A stretch of DNA of 64,000 nt from Gammaproteobacteria bacterium (GCA_965243395.1 CBDEUS010000001.1:800001-864000), one strand, 5' to 3'. Positions 41,354 through 50,911 are shown, numbered from the stretch's first letter. The notes: generated by a model not told the origin, from the sequence alone. Translations and numbers: made by a program.

Positions 41354-42190
41354 ATGAGAAGAAGAACCTATCGTTACGGCCGCCGTGGAAATCGTGGAGG
41401 AGGCGCGATACGTCTACTTCCGATTGTTTTATTTGGTTTGTATCTAGCATATTACTATTTTAGCAACCAAGAAGAAGTTGCTATGACAGGACGTTCACAA
41501 CTAATTGATATTTCTCACGAACAAGAAATGGCGTTGGGTTTACAGAGTTACCAGCAAATTTTGTCTGAATCAAATGTGCTTCGCTCGGGACAAGCAGTAG
41601 AACTTGTTCGCGAGATAGGTTATCGCTTGGCAAAGGTGATCGATCATGACCCGGGATTCGAATGGGAGTTTAATGTCATTGATTCTAATCAGGCTAATGC
41701 CTTTGCGTTACCGGGTGGCAAGGTGGCTGTATACACAGGTATTTTACCGATTGTGCAAAATGTTGATGGCTTGAGCGCGGTAATGGGGCATGAAATTGCT
41801 CATGCAGTAGCGAGGCACGGCGCTGAGCGAATGGCGCATCAAAAACTTGTCCAATATGGCAGTATGGCTGCAGGCATGGCTCTAGGCTCTATGGATGCAA
41901 GCACACAAAAAATGGTTATGGGGGCACTGGGTATGGGAGCGCAATATGGTGTCTTGTTGCCTTTTTCCCGCAAACACGAATCGGAAGCGGACTATATGGG
42001 CTTGATTTATTTAGCAAGGGCATGTTTTGACCCACGCGAAGCTCCCAAAATTTGGATAAGAATGGGGGAGCATAGCAAAGGGCAACCCTCAGAGTTTATG
42101 TCAACACACCCAAGCCATGAGACGCGTATTCGACAACTTAATGAATGGATGCCAGAAGCACTTGAAGTTAGAGAAAAATACTGTAAATGA
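41354..42190 (+). CDS. M48 family metallopeptidase
   Basis: NAFALPGGK, HEIAH, FSRKHESEAD, STHP; N-terminal TM. Confidence 0.93.
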   Translation: MRRRTYRYGRRGNRGGGAIRLLPIVLFGLYLAYYYFSNQEEVAMTGRSQLIDISHEQEMALGLQSYQQILSESNVLRSGQAVELVREIGYRLAKVIDHDPGFEWEFNVIDSNQANAFALPGGKVAVYTGILPIVQNVDGLSAVMGHEIAHAVARHGAERMAHQKLVQYGSMAAGMALGSMDASTQKMVMGALGMGAQYGVLLPFSRKHESEADYMGLIYLARACFDPREAPKIWIRMGEHSKGQPSEFMSTHPSHETRIRQLNEWMPEALEVREKYCK

Positions 42191-42373
42191 CAATTGCTAT
42201 TTGTAATTGTTAAGCAACTAAACTAAAAAAATGTAATCAAACACATCGTTAGTATTTAATATAAAACACTTCACATAGAAACAGTAAATCGCATAGAATG
42301 ATGTCACTACCAAGTGTAAGTGCTGACACCAGCCCAGTTATACCAAATTAAATTAACTATAATGGAGAAGTCG

Positions 42374-43861
42374 ATGAAAATTAAAAGAATTTTCACTACG
42401 GTTATAGCCTCAAGTTTACTCATAAGCCCATTTATCATTCTTGCTGAAAACGAAGCAATGAAAGAAGCCGGTGAAATGGCTAAAGATGCTGGTAGTGCAA
42501 CTGCATCTGCTATAAAAAAAGTGGCTAGTGCAACTGCCAATGATGCTTCATCTGCTTTGCCAAATGCAAAAGCGGGTGAATGTTATGCAAAAGTAGTTAT
42601 CCCTGCCGAATATAAAACCGAATCTCAAACTGTTACTGTTAAAGAAGCATCGTCTAAAATTGAAATTATTCCTGCTAAGTACGAGTGGAGCGAAGAAAAG
42701 GTTCTTGTTAAAGAAGCTTCTAAAAAGTTAATTCCTGTGCCAGCTACTTATGAAAATGTAACTGAAAAAGTACTCGTTACACCTGCTGAAAAAATTTGGA
42801 CAAGCGGTGCTAAGAAAAATGCTGGTCGTGCAAATGCATCCGTTCTTGCGGGAGCTGTCTCGAACGGCTTAAACCTTGCCGATGCGAAAGTCGGAAGTTG
42901 TTATGCTGAGTATCACATACCTGCTCAATATAAAACTGAAACTCAAAAAGTCCTGAAAACGGAAGCTTCACACAAAATAGAAATAATTCCTGCAAAGTAT
43001 GAGTGGAGCGAAGAGAAGGTTCTCGTTAAAGAAGCTTCCTCTAAGCTAATTGAAGTACCTGCGATGTATGAAACGGTTACTGAAAAAGTTTTAGTTAAGC
43101 CTGCCACTACGGAATGGAAAAAAGGACGTGGACCTGTTGAGAGGATAGATGGCAGCACAGGTGAAATTATGTGTTTGGTTGAAATTCCAGCTGTCTATAA
43201 AACAGTAAGCAAGCGTGTACTTAAAAGTCCTTCAACAACTAAGAAAGTAGATATTCCTGCTGAATATAAAGTTGAGAAAGTCCGCAAGCTTGTAAGTCCT
43301 TCAAAAGAAAAGAAAATTGAGATTCCTGCAACCTATGAAACTGTAACCAAGCGAGCAAAAACTGCTGATGAAAAAGTGATGTGGGCGCTCAAAGGTAGCA
43401 GTGTAGGTGGTAATGGCAAAGCAACAGGTTCTGCATTGTGCCTCAAAGAAGTTCCAGCGGTTTACAAAACTGTAAAACAGAAAAAAGTAAAAACACCTGC
43501 AACCACTAAAGTTGTAGATGTGCCCGCAGAATATAAAGTAATTAAAAAGCGTAAGCTTGCTTCACCGGCAGCTGAAAAGAAAATAGAAATACCAGCTAAA
43601 ACTCAGGTGGTTTCTAGGAAAGTTAAAGTTGCTGAAGAGTCAATGCAATGGAGACCTGTATTATGCGAAACAAATATGAGTGATACGACAATCACTGATA
43701 TTCAACGTGCATTAAAAAAAGCAGGTCATAATCCAGGACCAATTGATGGAAAAATTGGTAATCAGACTTTAGTTGCAGTGGAGGCATTCCAAAGAGCAAA
43801 TGGCCTACCGCGTGGCGGACTAACTTTGCAAACTCTAGAAAAGTTAGGCGTTAAGATATAA
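42374..43861 (+). CDS. Exported repeat protein with C-terminal peptidoglycan-binding domain
   Basis: ATG 42374 after GGAG; signal peptide; twelve ~23-aa (I/V)PAxY-type repeats; C-terminal IQRALKKAGHNPGPIDGKIG..T..AV..FQ..NGL (PG_binding_1). Confidence 0.85.
   Translation: MKIKRIFTTVIASSLLISPFIILAENEAMKEAGEMAKDAGSATASAIKKVASATANDASSALPNAKAGECYAKVVIPAEYKTESQTVTVKEASSKIEIIPAKYEWSEEKVLVKEASKKLIPVPATYENVTEKVLVTPAEKIWTSGAKKNAGRANASVLAGAVSNGLNLADAKVGSCYAEYHIPAQYKTETQKVLKTEASHKIEIIPAKYEWSEEKVLVKEASSKLIEVPAMYETVTEKVLVKPATTEWKKGRGPVERIDGSTGEIMCLVEIPAVYKTVSKRVLKSPSTTKKVDIPAEYKVEKVRKLVSPSKEKKIEIPATYETVTKRAKTADEKVMWALKGSSVGGNGKATGSALCLKEVPAVYKTVKQKKVKTPATTKVVDVPAEYKVIKKRKLASPAAEKKIEIPAKTQVVSRKVKVAEESMQWRPVLCETNMSDTTITDIQRALKKAGHNPGPIDGKIGNQTLVAVEAFQRANGLPRGGLTLQTLEKLGVKI
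42662..43038 (+). repeat. Intragenic direct repeat (42662-42720 vs 42980-43038)
   Basis: Two near-identical ~59-bp copies 318 bp apart, both encoding EIIPAKYEWSEEKVLVKEAS. Confidence 0.85.
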
Positions 43862-43887
43862 TCTTATTATTGCTTTAATTTAAATTT

Positions 43888-43919
43888 AAGGCTTCTTAGT
43901 TCGCTAAGGAGCCTTTTTT
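43888..43919 (+). terminator. Rho-independent terminator
   Basis: aaggcttcttag-ttcg-ctaaggagcctt followed by a T-tract. Confidence 0.9.
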
Positions 43920-43942
43920 ATGCCAACCAAATTTGAAGTTAA

Positions 43943-44815
43943 GTGTTCAAAGCTGTTTCATCCAAATTTTTAGTTCCATTCGATGGTAACTTTTCTTTAA
44001 GTGAAGTTTCTGCTGCGCCGCCTGCTTCGTTTGATGCAAATAAAAACTATAAAAAGAAGCTAGATAAGGTTGTAGAGGATTTACACGATTTACAAAGAAT
44101 ACTTTATGCGCATGATAAGCATGCACTGTTAATAGTATTTCAGGCAATGGATGCGGCTGGAAAAGATTCAACGATTCGAGCAGTAATGTCTGGCGTCAAC
44201 CCTGCAGGTTGTCAAGTATTTTCATTTAAGAAGCCGTCTAGCATGGAACTTGATCATGACTTTTTATGGCGAACAAATAAATGTTTGCCTGAAAGAGGTC
44301 GTATTGGAATATTTAATCGTAGTTACTATGAAGAGGTTCTAGTTGTGCGAGTTCACCCTGGCATCTTAAATTATCAGAATCTACCTGATAAAATTAACTT
44401 TGATACGATATGGCAAGAACGTTATGAGTCCATTCAAGATATGGAAAAACATTTAGCGCGTAATGGAACCGTAATACTAAAATTCTGGTTAAATGTTTCA
44501 AAAGATGAACAGAAAAATCGTTTTTTAGCACGAATCGATACTCAAGAAAAAAATTGGAAATGGTCTTCTGGAGATTTAAAAGAACGCGCACACTGGCAAG
44601 ATTATATGCAAGCATATGAAGATGCTTTGAGTGCAACTTCCAAGTCCTGGGCACCTTGGTATGCTATTCCTGCTGACGATAAGCCTTATATGCGATATAG
44701 CGTAGCAAAAATCGTCAAAAATACTTTAGAAAGCTTAAATTTAAAATATCCAAACCTTGATGAAGAGGAAAGAAAAAATTTAAAAATGGCCAGAGAACAA
44801 TTGTTAAAAGAATAA
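43943..44815 (+). CDS. ppk2: Polyphosphate kinase 2 family (polyP:nucleotide phosphotransferase)
   Basis: FQAMDAAGKDS, ELDHDFLWR, IFNRSYYEEVL, WAPWYAIPADDK. Confidence 0.92.
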   Translation: MFKAVSSKFLVPFDGNFSLSEVSAAPPASFDANKNYKKKLDKVVEDLHDLQRILYAHDKHALLIVFQAMDAAGKDSTIRAVMSGVNPAGCQVFSFKKPSSMELDHDFLWRTNKCLPERGRIGIFNRSYYEEVLVVRVHPGILNYQNLPDKINFDTIWQERYESIQDMEKHLARNGTVILKFWLNVSKDEQKNRFLARIDTQEKNWKWSSGDLKERAHWQDYMQAYEDALSATSKSWAPWYAIPADDKPYMRYSVAKIVKNTLESLNLKYPNLDEEERKNLKMAREQLLKE

Positions 44816-44831
44816 ATGGCTATCTAAAATA

Positions 44832-45173
44832 TTAACCAGGCGGCCAGTTAAAACTTCTTCCTGCTAATAGATGAACATGCAAATGAAATACTGTTTGACC
44901 TGCGTTCTCACCATTATTTATTACTAGTCGAAAAGCATCTTTTACCCCTAAATCTTCAGCAATTTCGCCAGCTTTCAGTAGCAGGTGTCCTAGAATATTC
45001 TGATCGACATTACTCGCATCAGCCACCTTAGTGATTACTTTTTTTGGGATGATAAGGACATGAATTGGCGCTTGAGGGTTTACATCTTTAAATGCTAAAC
45101 ATTGATCATCCTCATAAACAATTTCTGCAGGAATTTCTTTACGGATGATTTTAGAAAATATAGTTTCACTCAT
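44832..45173 (-). CDS. hinT: Histidine triad nucleotide-binding protein
   Basis: TIFSKII.KEIPA, PQAP.HVLIIP, GQTVFHLHVHLL. Confidence 0.93.
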   Translation of the reverse strand: MSETIFSKIIRKEIPAEIVYEDDQCLAFKDVNPQAPIHVLIIPKKVITKVADASNVDQNILGHLLLKAGEIAEDLGVKDAFRLVINNGENAGQTVFHLHVHLLAGRSFNWPPG

Positions 45174-45203
45174 TGTTCTTTACAAATAGTGCATTACAAG
45201 TTT

Positions 45204-45620
45204 TCAACTCACTATTTCAAGCAATTTATTTTGAAGCCATTCGAGACGAGTAATCTGCTTAAGATCGCTATTTTTATCAATTGCTAGAATACCATCTTTT
45301 ACAATAACTTCATTATTTGAAGTATCGTCGATACATGTCCAATTTTTTCGGTCAATGATGGAGCAGTTTGAATATGTACTGAGGCTTGCTAGGTCTTTAT
45401 CGGAATAGGTGACGGCATTGTTTTCCTTATCTATGGTGAATACGGAAGTAGGGTTGTCAATCCAATTACCTTTACAATAGGTGTTATCTAGAATCATATT
45501 GTCACAGGTTTGGGTATAGACATGTAGTTTCGTGCTATATGGGTTTATGTCGTACACCCACATAATACAACCCGCAACTGCAAGCACTAAAATCGCGAGA
45601 ATAAAATCACTAAAGCTCAT
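45204..45620 (-). CDS. Hypothetical membrane-anchored protein with four Cys in the soluble part
   Basis: GGAGG RBS; N-terminal TM; C..C and NC.I.DRKNW.C. Confidence 0.7.
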   Translation of the reverse strand: MSFSDFILAILVLAVAGCIMWVYDINPYSTKLHVYTQTCDNMILDNTYCKGNWIDNPTSVFTIDKENNAVTYSDKDLASLSTYSNCSIIDRKNWTCIDDTSNNEVIVKDGILAIDKNSDLKQITRLEWLQNKLLEIVS

Positions 45621-45723
45621 TTATATACCTCCCAACTTTGAGAGGTAAGTATAGCTATAGCTGAACGGTGTTAAAAGAGAAGTAGAATAATCTCTAAGAT
45701 AAATTGAAATTAGTTGGAATTAT

Positions 45724-46335
45724 TTAAAACCAGCCACCCATGTCAAAACGAAGGGCAAAACCTATTGCATCTTCATCTACATCACCAACTGCGGGCACAT
45801 AATAGGTTTTTAATGAAGCACGACCATTCTTAAGTAATACATAAGGTACGGCTGCTAGACGTGGAGAAAAGCCACTGTCATAACCTGTCACAATTCCACC
45901 TAATATGCCAAGACCAAACCAATCAGCACCAATTGTTCGCTCATGACCAATCCCCCAGTAGGTACTGAATTTATCGATACTATTCTCAAAAAACCCTCCT
46001 GCTAGGTAGTAACCATCAAGATGATATTCCAAACCAACTCCAGGATTAAATTCGTTAAAATCATCTTCACTGTCTTCACTTGGGTGGTACGAGGCAAGGT
46101 TTATTTGAACAAATAAACGTCCATCTTCCAGAATAGACTCATTGTTGCCGGAATAAAATTTACCTTTTTGGTCTTTTCCATGATCATCAGGTACAGAATA
46201 GACTTCTTCTGATTTAGCAATCTCAATATTTTCGCTAGCATCACCAGCTAACTCGTCCGCTGTAGAGATATTGATCAAGCTAAGTGAGAAAAGAGCTGAA
46301 ATTAGTATTTTTTTAACCAAGGCAATATTTTGCAT
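45724..46335 (-). CDS. Putative small outer-membrane beta-barrel (PagP-like)
   Basis: Signal peptide; SYH...NEFNPGVGLEY...GGFFENS; amphipathic strands; C-terminal Phe; start re-placed at 46335 from GGAG spacing. Confidence 0.6.
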   Translation of the reverse strand: MQNIALVKKILISALFSLSLINISTADELAGDASENIEIAKSEEVYSVPDDHGKDQKGKFYSGNNESILEDGRLFVQINLASYHPSEDSEDDFNEFNPGVGLEYHLDGYYLAGGFFENSIDKFSTYWGIGHERTIGADWFGLGILGGIVTGYDSGFSPRLAAVPYVLLKNGRASLKTYYVPAVGDVDEDAIGFALRFDMGGWF

Positions 46336-46551
46336 CTCCATATGCTCCCAACATAAGTTATTAAGACGATAAAACAATAATTTGTAGAGAATTTTTTCTA
46401 TACGCTATTGGGACACAAAAGCTATCAATAAGGGTATTCTGACCGATGAAGGACGTGAAATTTGGGGATGAAAAGCAGGCAAATGCAGGAATTTTTTGTA
46501 CAACAGGTCTGTCGCCCAGTAATGAAAACCCTGAAGTCCAAGTGAGAGTTT

Positions 46552-46971
46552 TTAAGCTATTTCTGTTGCTCCCTCAAGAAAAATACATAAAGCTCCTATA
46601 ATTATCGAAACGGCCATATAGAGAAATTGTTCAAAAACGAAATAGAACATACCAATAATGACTAAAGATGCGCCGAGGAAATATAACGTGATCCCAGGTA
46701 CTAAATCTCTAGTGCGTTTTTTTAGCCCAGAAATGAGTAGTTTGATACCAGTAATCAACAAACTTATAAAAAATACTAGCCAAAGCAAATGAAACAAAAT
46801 TGAATTTGACATGAAAGAGAAACCATTCTGATTCAAAGTGTGATAAATACCAGGAATAATTTTACTCAGCCAGAATATGCCAATTGCTGCGGCGGCAATG
46901 CATATCACTCCGATGATAAATGTAAGCGCACTAAATAATGGTTTCGCTGATTGAGGATGTGTAAGTTGCAT
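46552..46971 (-). CDS. Hypothetical 4-TM membrane protein
   Basis: Four hydrophobic segments; AGGTG RBS. Confidence 0.7.
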   Translation of the reverse strand: MQLTHPQSAKPLFSALTFIIGVICIAAAAIGIFWLSKIIPGIYHTLNQNGFSFMSNSILFHLLWLVFFISLLITGIKLLISGLKKRTRDLVPGITLYFLGASLVIIGMFYFVFEQFLYMAVSIIIGALCIFLEGATEIA

Positions 46972-46991
46972 AACACCTTCTATTTAAATTT

Positions 46992-47402
46992 CTATTCTAT
47001 CACTAGTGGTGATTTATTGGCTTTAGCACGGATCCAATTTAATGATTTGAGTACTTTAGGAGATGAGACTATTTTTCTCTCAAGGCGATATTTCCCAGGG
47101 AAATTCATAAAAAATAAACCTATTAGAATAGTGAGTATTCCTTGACCAGGCAGTACTAGCATCAATATTCCCAGCACTACAAGTATAAAGCCGAATAAGT
47201 TTTTGATACCTGCGAGAAATTGAGTGAATAATGGATGTCCGCTTTGCTTGCTGATTCGCACGCGGTAGCGCTCACTGAAATAATCTTGAGGGATCTTGAT
47301 TACGATCCAGGGGATCACAGCTATACTAATGGCCAATAGGACAACTGATATCCATGCAAGAATAATAAATTCATTCTTGTAGTTATGTAAGAGTTCTAGC
47401 AT
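46992..47402 (-). CDS. PGPGW-family membrane protein
   Basis: IP.DYF, KNLFG..L...GILMLVLPGQGILTILIG...FPGK...NWIR. Confidence 0.82.
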   Translation of the reverse strand: MLELLHNYKNEFIILAWISVVLLAISIAVIPWIVIKIPQDYFSERYRVRISKQSGHPLFTQFLAGIKNLFGFILVVLGILMLVLPGQGILTILIGLFFMNFPGKYRLERKIVSSPKVLKSLNWIRAKANKSPLVIE

Positions 47403-47453
47403 ATTCAGAGCGGCTGATTTTACCTGCTCTTAATATAGAAAGAACACTGTTTT

Positions 47454-47702
47454 TTACCAGACTCGCAGTTTCCTAATATATAGGTTAATTGCGGCAAGTA
47501 AATCTTTAGCGGGCATAGACTTAAAAGCTAATGAATCTGAGTTTTTTAGCACTTCAACTAAATTTTCAGATGCTTGAGTTACGAGGTATTGCTTGAGTTC
47601 GTATAAAGTAGGGGGCTTGCCTATTTGGTTTTTATAGTGTGAAACAAATATTGGCTCTACTTCTTTGATTAAATAATTTTGATCCAAAAGTGCAGATGAC
47701 AT
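47454..47702 (-). CDS. Hypothetical protein
   Basis: 82-aa ORF filling the gap, co-oriented with neighbours; no recognised motif. Confidence 0.5.
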   Translation of the reverse strand: MSSALLDQNYLIKEVEPIFVSHYKNQIGKPPTLYELKQYLVTQASENLVEVLKNSDSLAFKSMPAKDLLAAINLYIRKLRVW

Positions 47703-47812
47703 ATAAGTTTCGGAAGCAGGTTATATGAATTCATTGATATTAATTTAGAAATTAAATTTAGTGAATGCCGCTTAAGCTAGTTTTTATTACCGATAAGCAT
47801 TCAGTTCAAATT

Positions 47813-48253
47813 ATGAAAATAATTCACTTAACCAAGTATATAGTTCTCACGTTACTTACAAGTACGATATGCGCTTGTGGCGCACTACGATGGCACTCGG
47901 TAGAAGAAATGCCGGCTGAGTCGATAGCCTATATACGTGACGGTGTTTTTGTTTCTGGTAACTATATACGTAGTGCAACTATTGTAGAAATTGATGGCAA
48001 AAAGTCAGAAGAATCTAATCAAGGTTTGCATGAAATAAATATAGGTACACATGAAATCACAATATACTGTGATGAAGCTGAAGGTGAATTTGACTCGAAC
48101 GAACTTACAGGGAAGTCGAGAATTCTAAAGTTTGAAGCACAGATTCAAAGAACTTACTTAGTTCGATGCGAACCTTTTACTCATTGGTGGATTGAAGATT
48201 CAGAAAATCAGTCAATAGTAGCTGGCGAAAAAAATATAATTGAATATGAATAA
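47813..48253 (+). CDS. Hypothetical lipoprotein
   Basis: MKII...LLTSTICA-C lipobox from ATG 47813; beta-rich body. Confidence 0.65.
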   Translation: MKIIHLTKYIVLTLLTSTICACGALRWHSVEEMPAESIAYIRDGVFVSGNYIRSATIVEIDGKKSEESNQGLHEINIGTHEITIYCDEAEGEFDSNELTGKSRILKFEAQIQRTYLVRCEPFTHWWIEDSENQSIVAGEKNIIEYE

Positions 48254-48258
48254 GCTTT

Positions 48259-48900
48259 TTAATGCGCTGTATTCATAGCTAGTGATGGCTGATTAGCAAG
48301 AGTAATTCTCTCTATTAATTCATCTAAAGAAGTTTCAGCAATCTCTTTAGTAAACGCTGTACGAAAAGTACGAAGAATACTCATTCCTTCCACTCGGACA
48401 TCCACTATCTTGGAAGACACATCAGTAACTCTAAACACATAGCTAACTTGCAATGGCTTATTTCCGTTACGAGCATCTAATTTTGTATTAACGGTTTGAT
48501 AGAGTTTATCTTGATGAGCTTTTTCAGGCATCACTGTGACTTCTGCATTTGAATACTCAGCTAAGTGCTTGCCATAAGTTCTAATGAGCATCTGCTTAAA
48601 TTCATTAACGAAGGCGTTTCTCTGTTCAACGCTAGCTGTTTTCCAATGTTTCGCCAAAATATATTTTCCCATTCTCTCGACATCACATATGGGAAGGATA
48701 ATTTCATCAACAAGCTCATTAATTTTACTAGGATTGTTTTGGATTTCAGACGCATCATTTTTAAGCACCGTCAAAACACTTGAAGATGTTTTTTCAATAA
48801 TTTGCTGTGGCGTTGCTTGACCTGCAACTAAAACTATTGGGATAAGAGTAATTATGATTACAAATAAAAAACTTATTTGAGGTTTAAAGCTTCTTAACAT
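48259..48900 (-). CDS. MlaC/Ttg2D-family phospholipid-binding periplasmic protein
   Basis: D.ERMGKYILAKHWKTAS.EQR..F..EFKQMLIRTY, KIVDVRVEGMS...F. Confidence 0.88.
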   Translation of the reverse strand: MLRSFKPQISFLFVIIITLIPIVLVAGQATPQQIIEKTSSSVLTVLKNDASEIQNNPSKINELVDEIILPICDVERMGKYILAKHWKTASVEQRNAFVNEFKQMLIRTYGKHLAEYSNAEVTVMPEKAHQDKLYQTVNTKLDARNGNKPLQVSYVFRVTDVSSKIVDVRVEGMSILRTFRTAFTKEIAETSLDELIERITLANQPSLAMNTAH

Positions 48901-49042
48901 ATCTGCTCATTACTTGGAGGGAAGTGGCTATTCTTATACACATATACTTATGTGGAGCAGAGCAAGAGATAAAAGGTGTAATTAAGTAGTTGAGTTGTAT
49001 AAATTATTTGGCCCGATTGTGGGCCAATTACTTATACAAATG

Positions 49043-49336
49043 CTATAAATCAATATTACTAACAATACTTTCAAGCTCTTTAAGGTTTATTTCAGTCTTT
49101 CCCATAACAATTAATAGCTGCACAAAGAGCTGTGCGCCAAAATTGCCACGGTTGATTTTGACCCTAAGATTTTCAGGGGATTGTGAGGTGCCCAGTTTTT
49201 TAAGATTATTGCTTAAATCAGCATAGGTGATACCGGACGCAGCCATGTGAGCCTTGATAAGTCTTGATATACCAGTTGCCCATTTAGGGTCATATACGGA
49301 ATAAGTTTGCTTGTCAGCTGATTGCATTAATAACAT
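49043..49336 (-). CDS. DUF6471-like XRE-type HTH protein
   Basis: W....RLIKA.M...GITYADLS..L.KLG...S.ENLR.KINRG.F.A..F.Q.L. Confidence 0.78.
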   Translation of the reverse strand: MLLMQSADKQTYSVYDPKWATGISRLIKAHMAASGITYADLSNNLKKLGTSQSPENLRVKINRGNFGAQLFVQLLIVMGKTEINLKELESIVSNIDL

Positions 49337-49349
49337 ATAAGTTACTGAA

Positions 49350-49429
49350 GTAACTATATATTAACATTAGTAAAATAATACTTCTAGTTTCCTTGAAAAA
49401 AGTGTAAAATTATGTAAATATATAGTTAC
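49350..49429. promoter_or_regulatory. Paired inverted 17-bp operator-like sites in the divergent promoter region
   Basis: gtaactatatattaaca (49350-49366) matches the reverse complement of tgtaaatatatagttac (49413-49429) at 16/17. Confidence 0.55.
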
Positions 49430-49477
49430 ATACAAAACGATATCTTTACAAACACTTGGTTTAACTAGGAGGGTCTT

Positions 49478-50395
49478 ATGTTAGAGATTTTGCCTATTGC
49501 CTTTTTAGTATTGGCAATACTCACCGTTATCATGGCGGTAAAGCGCGTACCACAAGGTTTCGAATGGACCGTTGAACGTTTTGGCAGGTTTAGAAAAACC
49601 TTACAACCCGGATTACGTTTTATTGTTCCGTACGTTGACGTTGTGAGCAATAAGGTGAACATGAAAGAAAGAGTGTTAGACGTGCCTTCACAAGAAGTCA
49701 TTACACGTGATAATGCGGTAGTGCGTGTAGATGGGGTAGTGTTTTACCAAGTTCTTGATCCTGTTAAGTCCTCATACAACGTAAACAATTTACAGCGCGC
49801 GACGTTAAATCTAACTATGACCAATATACGTACCGTACTAGGTTCAATGGATTTAGATGAATCATTGTCTAAACGTGACAAGATAAATGCTGAGCTTTTA
49901 CAAGTTGTGGATGAAGCGACTTCGCCATGGGGTGTTAAAGTGACACGTATTGAAATTAAAGATATAGCGCCACCCCAAGATTTAGTAGATGCAATGGCAA
50001 GACAGATGAAAGCTGAACGAGATAAGCGTGCAGAAATTTTAACTTCAGAGGGCGTAAAGCAATCGGAGATTCTGCGTGCAGAAGGTGAAAAGCAAGCTGC
50101 GATTCTTGATGCAGACGGTCGCTTAGAAGCGGCAAAACGTGACGCTGCAGCAAGAGAAACATTGGCAAAAGCAGAAGCTAATGCAACAGAAATGGTTTCG
50201 CAAGCGATTGCGTCTGGTGATATTCAGGCCGTGAACTACTTTGTTGCCACAAAATATGTAGATGCATTGAGTACCATTGGTTCTGCAAATAACCAAAAAG
50301 TTATCATGTTGCCTGTTGAAGCAACGAGCTTGATTGGTTCAGTCGGCGGTATAGCTGAAATTGCTAAAACTGCGTTAGCAAAAAACGAAACGTAA
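49478..50395 (+). CDS. qmcA: SPFH domain protein (QmcA/YbbK-like)
   Basis: TVERFG, PSQEVITRDNA, MTNIRTVLGSMDLDE.LS.RD, WGVKVTRIEIKDI.PP, QMKAER; AGGAGG RBS. Confidence 0.92.
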   Translation: MLEILPIAFLVLAILTVIMAVKRVPQGFEWTVERFGRFRKTLQPGLRFIVPYVDVVSNKVNMKERVLDVPSQEVITRDNAVVRVDGVVFYQVLDPVKSSYNVNNLQRATLNLTMTNIRTVLGSMDLDESLSKRDKINAELLQVVDEATSPWGVKVTRIEIKDIAPPQDLVDAMARQMKAERDKRAEILTSEGVKQSEILRAEGEKQAAILDADGRLEAAKRDAAARETLAKAEANATEMVSQAIASGDIQAVNYFVATKYVDALSTIGSANNQKVIMLPVEATSLIGSVGGIAEIAKTALAKNET

Positions 50396-50427
50396 AGTTT
50401 CATAAAACTATTAACTAAGGAAGTATC

Positions 50428-50874
50428 ATGAGTGAATTCATTACAAATTTACAATATTGGCATTGGTGGGTATTGGCCATTGTATGTCTTACATTGGAGA
50501 TTTTTGCTCCTGGTGCAATTTTCATTTGGTTTAGTGTGTCTGCCGCAATCATGGGTGGGATACTTTTATTGGCGCCTGATTTAATTTGGCAATGGCAAAT
50601 TGCAATTTTTGGTGCTTTGTCGTTACTTACAATTATAGCTTGGAGGCAGTATCGCAAAAAAGTACCAGAGAAAGACAGTTATCCTACTCTCAATAAAAGA
50701 GGCGAAGAACTTATTGGTCGAACATTTACTTTAGATGAGGCTATTGTAAACAATTACGGCAAGATTCGTGTTGATGACACCATGTGGAAGATCACAGGTG
50801 AAGATTGCGAGGTTGGTCAGAAGATAAAAGTTACTTCGCTAAGTGGTACGGTATTAAATGTAGAGCACATTTAA
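50428..50874 (+). CDS. NfeD family protein (YbbJ-like)
   Basis: WHWW...LEI..PG, LNKRG..LIGR, G.IRVDDTMW; partner of the SPFH gene. Confidence 0.92.
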   Translation: MSEFITNLQYWHWWVLAIVCLTLEIFAPGAIFIWFSVSAAIMGGILLLAPDLIWQWQIAIFGALSLLTIIAWRQYRKKVPEKDSYPTLNKRGEELIGRTFTLDEAIVNNYGKIRVDDTMWKITGEDCEVGQKIKVTSLSGTVLNVEHI

Positions 50875-50881
50875 TTGCTTA

Positions 50882-50911
50882 TTAGAGTGCATCTTTTGTG
50901 ATGCACTCTAA
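50882..50911 (+). terminator. Perfect 12-bp hairpin after the NfeD gene
   Basis: ttagagtgcatc-ttttgt-gatgcactctaa; poor U-tract. Confidence 0.55.

Noticed and set aside
42590-43660. Periodic repeats as a CRISPR-like or mobile array
   Set aside because: In-frame coding repeats with synonymous variation; no spacers or cas genes
46436-46462. ctgaccgatgaaggacgtgaaa as a hammerhead ribozyme core
   Set aside because: No intact CUGANGA core and no supporting stems
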